Shown here piece after piece: positions 30,401-38,390 of a DNA stretch of 64,000 nt. The notes beneath the pieces are model-generated. The model was not told where the DNA came from, did not search any database, and saw nothing but the letters and a program-made list of their open reading frames with translations. The translations under genes were made by a program, and so were the position numbers. Each line of letters starts with the position of its first letter. Position 1 is the first letter of the stretch. Source of the stretch: Candidatus Marinacidobacterales bacterium (GTDB taxonomy: Bacteria > Acidobacteriota > Vicinamibacteria > Marinacidobacterales > SMYC01); assembly GCA_965224085.1 (NCBI GenBank), contig CBDCYI010000005.1:320001-384000 (forward strand). Reading direction: 5' to 3'.

Positions 30401-30655
30401 TTGACCCGCACCGTCGGTCCCAAGCCATCGTTCAACCTTCCTCCCAAAGCGTTGAACAATCGGCTGGCGGCGCTCACCAGGTATGTGGGAGGGGCGGACG
30501 AGAGACCGACCCAGCAAGCATACGGCGTATTCGAGGATCTGTCAGGGCGGGTGACCGAGCAACTGCGCCAGCTGGAAGAGATTCTCACCAAGGAGGTCTC
30601 GGCGGTCATCGGTCAGCACGAAGCGGGCGCGGAGCGAACCGCCTCCCGGCCATGA
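27428..30655 (+). CDS. Secreted VPS10/BNR beta-propeller protein, copy D (possible lipoprotein)
   Basis: VVCGC lipobox-like signal; WRSLGPHRGGRS; paralog of copy C in inverted orientation. Confidence 0.9.
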   Translation: MRRFSTVRVVLVSALCLTVTVVCGCSPESGGGRSGAARAVDYPSVDASFLTALEWRSLGPHRGGRSIAVAGDPQDPLVFYFGSTHGGVWKTTDAGITWRNVSDGFFKTAPVGAIDVSLSNSAVVYVGMGESLMRQNLTPGDGVYKSTDGGRTWTHVGLKETRHIAKVQIHPTNPNIVYVAAAGDVFGTNPERGVYRTKDGGKTWEQVLYKSEQASALDLSMDPTNPNVLYASLNQLQRLPWDQISGGPDSGLYKTTDGGETWTDITRNPGLPQGVVGKIGVAVSPAHPSRVWAIIEADDGALFRSDDSGQTWRRINERRDFRRNAPSYMHVVADTRDPDTVYLPSYRFWKSTDGGETFNQVPTAHGDNHALWIDPRNPQRMIEGNDGGATVTLNGGATWSTIHNQPTAELFGLAIDDQVPYRLYAAQNDNSHVSVPSRTNGAAIPFEAIPGGEGGQTAVKPDGSVVYAADRTAIARYDRRTGQARNISVWPDDQFTLPPKDVKYRFFYNFPILLSPHDPNVLYTAGSYVFRTTDEGDSWEPISPDITTNRLDKMQTPRGRPLTTSSSSLYWVSVAHALAESPLEQGELWVGTDDSMVHMTKNGGETWNDVSPEDLPEWTRFSTIEVSPHDRGTAYLAANRYKVSDRTPYLYKTTDYGRTWEKITNGIRDEDFVRVIREDPVRPGLLYAGTDTGVYVSFDAGSSWQSLQRNLPAVPVYYMLVKNNDLVLATAGRGFWIMDNVTALRQINPEVTTASAHLFDVAPTHRYLPVRALSPMRPFRPGIQFARDRNDIVVFEDRRGPDGRVKRFFLNAGENPPGGVMIDYYLKQPPSGDVTLTIVDAKGEEIRRFSSQAEDNLWMPAEAGMSRFVWDMRYPNARELPPEGGLVGAEYPRAQAPTALPGRYVARLSVQGQEYERPFEIRKDPRVTATDADLEAQFELMMQIRDRLTEVTDAVEQLREALGQLEEREGAASGDTAVATAKDKLRAIEGALTRTVGPKPSFNLPPKALNNRLAALTRYVGGADERPTQQAYGVFEDLSGRVTEQLRQLEEILTKEVSAVIGQHEAGAERTASRP

Positions 30656-31319
30656 TGCACTGGCGTACCCTGTGGTTGGGCATCCGGTGTGCATTCTACT
30701 GAGCGCAGGTTGAGAGCGCGCTCGCTCGCGGCTCAAATAGGAACCTCCCGAGGTTTTCGCCTCTTGGGCATTGAACCGTCATCTCCCTCGGCCATCCTTC
30801 ACTCTGACAGAAGTCGCTGCAAAGAAGCGGTTTGCCGATTCTGGATTTGTTGGCGAGTGCGTAGGTACTTCACCGAAGATGAATCAATGAAAACGTTTCA
30901 CCTTAGTCTGTTCTTTGGCGTCGCTTCCCCGCGTAGTGAGACTTAGAAAGCGTCGCCGAAACCGGCGGGCCACGGAGCAGAACAAGTATATGCCGGGTGA
31001 ACGCCGTCGCCGAGAACGGTTACAGACGAAGGCACCCGGGGCGGCCCCCACTGGCCCCAGCTGACGTTTCTCATTGGCAAGGGCTGCTCGTCGCCGAGCC
31101 ACGACTCCGTATGCCGGGCTCAGCAGTTCCACTTATGGGCCCAGAAGCGTAATCAATTGGACTCGCTCGTCAGCGCGATTTAGGTTAACACCTGTTGTGG
31201 CGAAGGTGCCCAAACAAAGAGCCTCCCGCCCCTGAGGACGGTTGCTTTCCGCTCGCTAATCGGAGTCGCCGTCGCCATCGATCTGCGATCTCCATTCTTT
31301 CGTTAGGGTTAGGTGTCAC

Positions 31320-33434
31320 ATGATAACAATGTCGAATCACATGAGTCATGCCATCCTTCTGGCAGGCCTTTTGTCGGCTCCGCTTTGGGCGCAGCCGGAG
31401 AAGCGCCCGATGACACTCGTCGATCTCCTGGAAGTTCCAAGCTTGAGCGACCCTCAGCTTTCTCCCGACGGCCGTCACTTGCTCTTCGTTCTGGCCGAGC
31501 CCGATTGGGAGATCAACGGGCGGGTGAGACATATCTGGCGTGCCGATCTGAAGGGCGGCGCTTCTACCCAGATGACGAACGGGTCCGGCGGTGAGTGGAG
31601 TCCGCGTTGGTCGCCCGACGGAAAGTCCATCGCTTTTCTGGCGCAGCGCGGCGAATCCCGGTCCCCTCAGATCTACCTGATGAACACGGGAGGGGGCGAG
31701 GCCCGGCAGCTAAGTAACCATGTGGCGGCACGTCCGGTCGAAGACGCTCACTTTCCGCCTCTGTCCGAAATCCACTGGTCGCCGGACGGCGACTGGATCT
31801 ACTTCGTGGCCTTCGATCCTCTCTCCCCGGAAGACGTGCAGCGCGAGAAGAACAACGATGACGTGTACGCCTTCAACGAGAACCACGAGCAGAGGCATCT
31901 TTGGAAGATCTCACCTGCCGACGGCGTCGAGCATCGCATCACCGAAGGGGACTTTTCGGTTCTGAGCTACGCCCTCGCCCGCGACGGAGAGAAGGTCGTT
32001 CTCCACCGGGCGCCCAACCCGCGTCACGACTACGGCAACCGCGGCGAGGTTTGGGTGATGAACGCCGACGGAACCGAGCCTGTCCAGCTCACCCGCAACA
32101 ACGTTCCCGAAGCACCGAATTGTTGCGGAGGAAGCGGGGCGAGGCTTTCTCCCGACAACCGACGGGTTCTCTTCTTGGCGAAGTCGAACGAGAAGTTCGA
32201 GTTCCAGTACAAGGCGAGCATCTTCGTGGTGCCGGCGAGCGGCGGCGCGGCTGAACTCCTGCTCCCCGACCTCCCCTATGAGGTGAAACAAGCGAGCTGG
32301 TCCATGGAGGGAGACGCGATCTATTTCGTGGCAAACATGGGGGTTCACAGCGAGCTGTTCCGGCTCGAGCTCTCAACTCAAAAGGTCCACCAGCTCACCG
32401 ACGCAAAGCACAGGGTTCACAACTGGAACTACCAGGCATCGGCCGACCTCCACGTCTTTGCCATCGACCAGCCCGGGAATCCCGGAGACTTCTGGGTGCT
32501 TCCGGCCCTCGGGGCAGGAACTCCTACTCGGGTAACGAAGCGCTTTGACTATCTGACACAGGACTTCGAGCTACCTCGCCAGGAGATGACCGCGTGGAAG
32601 GGTGTCGACGGAGTACGCATTGAGGGGATGCTTCACTATCCGCTGAATTACGAGGCCGGAAAGCGATATCCCCTTGTCATGCAGCTCCATGGCGGCATGG
32701 GCAGCTCGAACCAGTACGGTTTCGGTGGATGGCGCGATTTTATTGCGATGTTGGCGGCCCAGGGCTACGCGGTCCTGGAGCCAAACTATCGAGGCAGTGG
32801 TGGTTACGGTAGCGAGTTCGAGCGCGACATCATGGGGCACTTCTTCAATAACTCACATCTCGACGTCATGGCTGGCGCCGACCATGTGATCGAGATGGGA
32901 ATCGCCGACAGCGATCGAATGGTGGTGATGGGCTGGAGCAGTGGCGGGTACCTCACCAACAAAATCATCACCTTCACGGACCGTTTCAAGGCGGCTTCCT
33001 CCGGGGCGAGCGCCGTCAACTGGATCTCCTTTTACTCACAGAGCGACGTTCGTTATTTCCGCACGGCCTACTTCCTGGGAACACCCTGGCAGAAGGACAA
33101 TCCCATTGAGAACTACTGGGAGCAATCTCCCCTCAGCCAGATCGCGAACGTCACCACGCCGACGCTGGTTCTGGTAGGAGAGGAGGATGTGCGGGTGCCA
33201 GCTCCTCAGTCGGTCGAGCTGTATCGGGCGCTCAAGTCCAACGGCGTTCCGACGCGACTTTACATAGCGCCTCGAGAAGGACACGGTTGGAGAGAGCTGC
33301 GCCATCAACTGTTCAAGATGAACGCGGAGTTGGACTGGTTCGAGAAATACGCGATGGGCCGTGACTATACATGGGAAAAGGCGCCCGTCGAAACGACGGA
33401 TGACGAGAAAGGAAAGGGTTCCACCCAACCCTAG
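31320..33434 (+). CDS. S9 family peptidase, copy b
   Basis: Same motifs as copy a; its stop codon lies in the CTAG hit by IS630. Confidence 0.93.
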   Translation: MITMSNHMSHAILLAGLLSAPLWAQPEKRPMTLVDLLEVPSLSDPQLSPDGRHLLFVLAEPDWEINGRVRHIWRADLKGGASTQMTNGSGGEWSPRWSPDGKSIAFLAQRGESRSPQIYLMNTGGGEARQLSNHVAARPVEDAHFPPLSEIHWSPDGDWIYFVAFDPLSPEDVQREKNNDDVYAFNENHEQRHLWKISPADGVEHRITEGDFSVLSYALARDGEKVVLHRAPNPRHDYGNRGEVWVMNADGTEPVQLTRNNVPEAPNCCGGSGARLSPDNRRVLFLAKSNEKFEFQYKASIFVVPASGGAAELLLPDLPYEVKQASWSMEGDAIYFVANMGVHSELFRLELSTQKVHQLTDAKHRVHNWNYQASADLHVFAIDQPGNPGDFWVLPALGAGTPTRVTKRFDYLTQDFELPRQEMTAWKGVDGVRIEGMLHYPLNYEAGKRYPLVMQLHGGMGSSNQYGFGGWRDFIAMLAAQGYAVLEPNYRGSGGYGSEFERDIMGHFFNNSHLDVMAGADHVIEMGIADSDRMVVMGWSSGGYLTNKIITFTDRFKAASSGASAVNWISFYSQSDVRYFRTAYFLGTPWQKDNPIENYWEQSPLSQIANVTTPTLVLVGEEDVRVPAPQSVELYRALKSNGVPTRLYIAPREGHGWRELRHQLFKMNAELDWFEKYAMGRDYTWEKAPVETTDDEKGKGSTQP

Positions 33435-34501
33435 TGGACTGTAACAGCTGAACGTTTAGTAGTTTTGATGCGCCGTGACGGATCGTTGTAGGTCCACTTC
33501 ACGGGCTTAGGGTCTTTGTTGTACTTGCGAATGTAGCGCATGATCTTGCGGGTTAGGTCTTTGGTGGAGGTGAACACTCCTCGATGGATCAGGTCGCGCT
33601 CGATCTTGGAGAACCAGAGCTCGACTTTGTTCAGCCAGGAGGAGTAGGTGGGTGTGAAGTGCAATTGGAGTTTCGGATTGGCCTGGAGGAACTCGGTGAC
33701 CTTGGCAGTTTTGTGGGCCGAGAGATTGTCGAGGATGACGTGAATTTCACGCTTTCGCTTGTGGCTCGCAACCAGCTGCTCCAAGAAGGCGACAAACTCC
33801 TGGCTGGTATGTCGGCGGACGGTCTTGCCAAAAACTTCCCCCGTCTTCGTGTCAAAGGCGGCGTAGAGAGAAAGCGTTCCATTCCGGACGTACTCGAAAC
33901 CGTGTCTTTCGGCCCGCCCGGGAGACAACGGCAAGATCGGGTCCCGTCGATCCAGGGCTTGGATCGCCGTTTTCTCGTCAATACAAAACACCGCAGCGTG
34001 CTGAGGCGGATTCATATAGAGACCGATGACATCCGCTGCCTTCTTCTCGAAATCCGGGTCGTTGGACGCTTTGTAATATTCAATTCGGTGTGGCTGTAGA
34101 CCGTGTTTTTTCCAAGTACGAGCCACCATCATGTGATGGATTCCCAGTTTCTTCGCAAGTCGGCGCGTGCTCCAGTGAGTCGAGCCGTCGGTCGGGCTCT
34201 TTTGAGTCCACGAAAGAATCCGTGCTTCCATCCGAGGCGTGAGCACCTGAACCGGACGTCCCTCGTGACGCGAGTACAGACCTGCCAGCCGCTCCTCCAA
34301 GAATCGGCGCTTCCACTTGCTGACAAAAGGCGCCGTGCAGCCTACCCACTGCTGCACCTGCGTGTAGCTCGCACCTTCGTCCAACAAGAGCAACACGCGA
34401 GCAATCCGCGCGTCGTCAGCACGACCGCTACGGCTCGAAACTCGTTTGCCAAGTTCCCTACGTTCCGCTCGAGTCAAAACAACGCTGGTCCTCTCTTGCA
34501 T
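33431..34501 (-). CDS. IS630-family DDE transposase
   Basis: THWSTRRLA, FCIDEK, YVRNGT, ILDNLSAHK, FTPTYSSWLNKVELWF. Confidence 0.95.
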   Translation of the reverse strand: MQERTSVVLTRAERRELGKRVSSRSGRADDARIARVLLLLDEGASYTQVQQWVGCTAPFVSKWKRRFLEERLAGLYSRHEGRPVQVLTPRMEARILSWTQKSPTDGSTHWSTRRLAKKLGIHHMMVARTWKKHGLQPHRIEYYKASNDPDFEKKAADVIGLYMNPPQHAAVFCIDEKTAIQALDRRDPILPLSPGRAERHGFEYVRNGTLSLYAAFDTKTGEVFGKTVRRHTSQEFVAFLEQLVASHKRKREIHVILDNLSAHKTAKVTEFLQANPKLQLHFTPTYSSWLNKVELWFSKIERDLIHRGVFTSTKDLTRKIMRYIRKYNKDPKPVKWTYNDPSRRIKTTKRSAVTVH

Positions 34502-34545
34502 GAGAGAAGTATATCACTAAATGCTTATTTGTTACAGTCCACTAG
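33431..34545 (-). mobile_element. IS630-family insertion sequence
   Basis: Perfect 16-bp inverted ends CTAGTGGACTGTAACA / TGTTACAGTCCACTAG including the duplicated (C)TA(G) target; the empty site is visible after copy a (CCCTAG-GCAGCAG). Confidence 0.95.
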
Positions 34546-34589
34546 TGCCGTTCCAATGAGTTTCCATCTTAGGCAGAAATAGTTGGAAC
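34546..34589. mobile_element. 44-bp IS/MITE footprint
   Basis: TGCCGTTCCAA...TTGGAAC(G) inverted ends; absent from the paralogous junction at 26998. Confidence 0.55.
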
Positions 34590-34611
34590 GCAGCAGAGAA
34601 AAGGATTCGAA

Positions 34612-37104
34612 ATGAAAGCGAAGCTGGTGTGGAGCACGTTTCTTACGTCGATCTCCCTGGTGGTTCTAGCCCCCCCTCGGGCCGTCGCCCAGTCAACGCC
34701 CACGGTGATCAAAGCCAAGACGATCTACACGGTGACAAACGGCACTCTCCAAAACGGTGAGATTCTCATCGAGGCGGGGAAGATCAAACAGGTGGGGTCT
34801 CACGTCGATGCGCCGGCCGACGCTCGCCAGTACAGCGCCGAGGTCGTCATTCCCGGCATGATCGATGCCCACTCCCACATGGCCTTGGATCGATGGAGGG
34901 ATCGGCCTCCCGAACCGGTCACCGCCGAGTGGAAGGCGGTGGAGCATTTCGACCCCACCGATCCGATGATTCCCATCGCTCTCTCCGGAGGGGTGACGAG
35001 CATGATCACCCGTCCGGGCAGCAGCATCGTCAGCAGCGGTCAGGCGGTGGCGGTGAAGCTGAAGGCTGATCCTTCGAAGAACATGATCCTCAAGCCCTAC
35101 GTGGACTTGAAAATGGCCATTCGTCCCTTGATCGGGCTGCGCCCGGGCGAAATCCCGGCCACCATCATGGGTTGGTATGCCAGCGCGAGCGAGTACTTCC
35201 GGCGGGCAAAAGCGTACTTGAAGAATTGGGAGGACTACCAAGCAGGCAAGCGGGATAAACCGGAAGTGAACGAGAGGCTGGAAGCTTTCGCGGCGATTCT
35301 GCGAGGCGACGTCATGGTTCACGTACACGCTCATCATCCAGGCGAGGTGATGATGGCCATGCACCTGGCTCGGGAGTACGGTTTCATCGACCAAATGGCC
35401 CTCAGCCATGTCCAGGACGTCTTCCCCATTGCAGACATCCTCGCCAAGACCAAGATCATTCCCGTCATCGGTCCCGAGTTCATCGTGCAATTCTATGGAG
35501 ATACTCGCTCTCATAATGTGGTGAAGGAGCTCATGGAGGCCGGTGTGGCGGCGAGCATTCAGACGGACACGAGCGCGGAGCAGGCCAAGTGCTTTCGCGA
35601 GTACGGTGCTTTCCACATCCGTCACGGCCTGAAGGAGCAGCATGCCCTCGAGGCGCTCACCATCAACGGGGCCAAGGCGATGATGCTCGATGAGCGCATC
35701 GGAAGCATCGAAATCGGCAAGGACGCCGACCTGGTTCTCATGAACGGTCCACCCTTCGACCTCCATGCCGAGAGGATCGAAAGGGTTTTCGTGGACGGCG
35801 TCCTGGAGTTCGAGCGCACGGAATGGAGGCAAACGGCGGCCCCCACCAAGGTGGGACCGTTCCGGCCGGTCAAGGGCCGATTGCAGCCCCACCAGAAGAC
35901 CTTCGCCCTGACCAACGCCCACATCTTTACCGTGAGTCAGGGAAACATTCCCAACGGAAGAATTCTCGTCGAGGATGGCAAGATCACCGACGTGGGCGCC
36001 GGCGGCAGCGCGCCTCGGGGCGTCCCGTCATTGGACCTCGGCGGACGGATCGTTCTGCCAGGCTTTGTCAGTCCCCGTGCCTTTCCCAACGATTGGATGG
36101 GAGATCTGAAGTGGCAGATTCAAAACGATGAGAACATCGAGCCCATCGTGCCCGAGATGGATGCGCGCTTCGCCTTCGACCCGTGGTTTCCCTCGTTCCA
36201 AGTTATCCGCCAGATCGGTATCACCGCTCAGAACGTGACGCCGGGACACCTCAACCTCATCGGCGGTCGCGGAGTCGTGATCAAGACTCGGGGAATGGAC
36301 GCCGAGATAATGGTGAGAAAGTCCCCGAGCTCGATGGTCTTTTCTCTCGATCCAAGCTCCATTCGCTACTGGGGAAGGGACTCCCAGATCCCCCTCACGG
36401 TGGAGAGGGCCGTTCTGGCGATCCGGACCACCTTGGACGGAGCGAAGGCGTATCTCGAGCAAGGTGACGCCTTTGAGTACAACCAGCGATCCGAGGCGCT
36501 TCGCCCATTGCTTCTGGGAAAAATCCCCGCCATCGTGCGGGCCAGCACCGTGGAAGAGATCCGGGCGGCGATGAAGCTGGCCGAGGACTACCGGATGCGC
36601 CTTCTCATCGCCGGAGCGGTGCAAGCCTACAAGCTAGCAGCCGAGCTGGCGAGAGCGAACGTGGGTGTCATTCTAGGGAGCTCGGGCACCTCATTCAACA
36701 TTCGCGGCGGCGGTGAGGGCTATACCGATGAGAGTCCTGCCCTTTTGAGCCGAGCCGGAGTGAAGGTGTCTTTTTTTGGAGCCAGCGGTAGCCGACGGTG
36801 GATGCCCACCGGCGCGCTGGGGGGCGAGCCCGCATTGAATGCAGCCTGGGCCTTCCGCAACGGGACGCCGGAGCGGGAGGCTCTCCGTATGGTGACCCTG
36901 AACGCCGCGGAGATGCTCGGTATGGGGGACCGCATCGGCAGCATCGACGTTGGCAAAGACGCGGACTTCATGGTGCTGGAAGGACACCCCTTCGATTATC
37001 GCGTGCTCCCCCAGATGGTCTTCATCGACGGGGAGCTCGTGTTCAGTACTCGTCCAGAAGATGGCTTCCTCGAGCGGACTAGCTCCGGAGGGCCCGAGCT
37101 GTGA
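34612..37104 (+). CDS. Secreted two-domain amidohydrolase
   Basis: PGMIDAHSH in domain 1; domain 2 has PGFVSPRAF (no HxH); two GSIxxGKDAD motifs. Confidence 0.9.
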   Translation: MKAKLVWSTFLTSISLVVLAPPRAVAQSTPTVIKAKTIYTVTNGTLQNGEILIEAGKIKQVGSHVDAPADARQYSAEVVIPGMIDAHSHMALDRWRDRPPEPVTAEWKAVEHFDPTDPMIPIALSGGVTSMITRPGSSIVSSGQAVAVKLKADPSKNMILKPYVDLKMAIRPLIGLRPGEIPATIMGWYASASEYFRRAKAYLKNWEDYQAGKRDKPEVNERLEAFAAILRGDVMVHVHAHHPGEVMMAMHLAREYGFIDQMALSHVQDVFPIADILAKTKIIPVIGPEFIVQFYGDTRSHNVVKELMEAGVAASIQTDTSAEQAKCFREYGAFHIRHGLKEQHALEALTINGAKAMMLDERIGSIEIGKDADLVLMNGPPFDLHAERIERVFVDGVLEFERTEWRQTAAPTKVGPFRPVKGRLQPHQKTFALTNAHIFTVSQGNIPNGRILVEDGKITDVGAGGSAPRGVPSLDLGGRIVLPGFVSPRAFPNDWMGDLKWQIQNDENIEPIVPEMDARFAFDPWFPSFQVIRQIGITAQNVTPGHLNLIGGRGVVIKTRGMDAEIMVRKSPSSMVFSLDPSSIRYWGRDSQIPLTVERAVLAIRTTLDGAKAYLEQGDAFEYNQRSEALRPLLLGKIPAIVRASTVEEIRAAMKLAEDYRMRLLIAGAVQAYKLAAELARANVGVILGSSGTSFNIRGGGEGYTDESPALLSRAGVKVSFFGASGSRRWMPTGALGGEPALNAAWAFRNGTPEREALRMVTLNAAEMLGMGDRIGSIDVGKDADFMVLEGHPFDYRVLPQMVFIDGELVFSTRPEDGFLERTSSGGPEL

Positions 37105-38322
37105 CAGCCGAGACGCCGGATTCCTCAGTCGTCATTCAGGCCGATCGTTTGATCGATGGTGTCAGCCCCGAGCCTATCTCGCGGGCGGTTATCCGCATTG
37201 AAGGCGAGCGCATCGTCGACGTGGGTCCCGATCTTCCCATCCCTTCCGGTGCCCGCGTCATCGATCTGAGCGGCCATACGTTGCTCCCCGGTCTCATCGA
37301 TGCGCATACCCATGTCTGCTACGCGCCTCTAGACGGCAAGAATCCGGTATTGGAAAAGTCGGTCGCCTTCCGAGCACTGGAGGGAGCTGCGGCGGCACGG
37401 GCCAGCTTGAACGCCGGTTTTACGACTCTGCGCGACACGGACTCCGAGGGCGCCCAATTTGCCGACGTCGCGATTCGAGACGCCATTCGGCTCGGACTCA
37501 TTCCCGGGCCTCGGCTGTTCGTCTCCACCAGGGCTCTGACCATCACCGGCGGTCACTTGAACCACACCGGTCTGGCTCCGGAGATCGATGAGCGCGTTCC
37601 CCAGTTGGGTACGGTGGCGGACACCGTCGATGAAATGATCAAGGAAGTACGGCGCGGACTGGATCAAGGTTTACGCCACCGGCACCACTCGACATATCGA
37701 TCGCAAGAGCTTGGAAGCCCTCCCACAGTTCAACGAGGAGCAGATCCGGGCGGTGGTCACCGAAGCTCGCCGATGGCGCAAGGATGTGGCCGCCCATGCT
37801 TACGGGGGTGAGGGCGCCCGGGCCGCCGTACTGGGAGGGGCCCGCTCCATCGAGCACGGAATGCTCCTCGATGAAAGCATCCTGAACCTCATGGTGGAGC
37901 ATGGCACCTACTTGTGTCCCACTCTTTCGAACTTTACTCCCACCCAGGCTCTCGTGGGATACCCCGAGTCTTTCATCCAAGCCATCATGGCCCGTCACAC
38001 GGAAGCCTTTGAGATAGCGTTGAGACTCGGGGTCAGGATCGCCTTCGGTACCGACGCCGGCAGGGTGCGTCACGGAACCAACGCGGGGGAGTTCGCGCTG
38101 ATGGTGGAGCGCGGTATGGACCCCATGCGAGCCATACAAACCGCCACCTCGGTGGCCGCGGAGCTGCTCCGCATGGAAGACGAGATAGGCGCGGTAAAGA
38201 CGGGGCTTCAGGCCGATTTGGTGGCCGTTGCCGGAGATCCTCTCGAGGATGTGAGCTTGCTACAGGACGTGCCGTTTGTCATGAAGGGCGGCCAGGTTTT
38301 CAAGAGCCCGGAGGGGGAGTGA
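37101..38322 (+). pseudogene. Amidohydrolase (Xaa-Pro dipeptidase-like) split by a frameshift near 37650
   Basis: PGLIDAHTH...TGGH in the first frame; ADWIKVYATG, AAHAYG, SIEHG, FGTDAG in a second frame. Confidence 0.85.
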
Positions 38323-38329
38323 TAGCGGA

Positions 38330-38362
38330 TGGCGCCGTCATGCTTGCCGCACGACGGCGCCA
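38330..38362. terminator. GC-rich hairpin between convergent genes
   Basis: TGGCGCCGTC...GACGGCGCCA 10-bp stem; no clear U-tract. Confidence 0.5.
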
Positions 38363-38390
38363 GCGCTCCTCCCGCTAGATCTCTCTACAC

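Noticed and set aside
30951-31100. CGTCGCCGA(AACC) motif recurring in several intergenic regions
   Set aside because: Short and GC-rich, and most occurrences derive from the segmental duplications.
7880-33434. Diversity-generating retroelement behind the paralog variation
   Set aside because: No reverse transcriptase in the window; changes are not adenine-specific (CCT GGC vs TGT TGC; TCT vs TGT), include indels and span whole genes.
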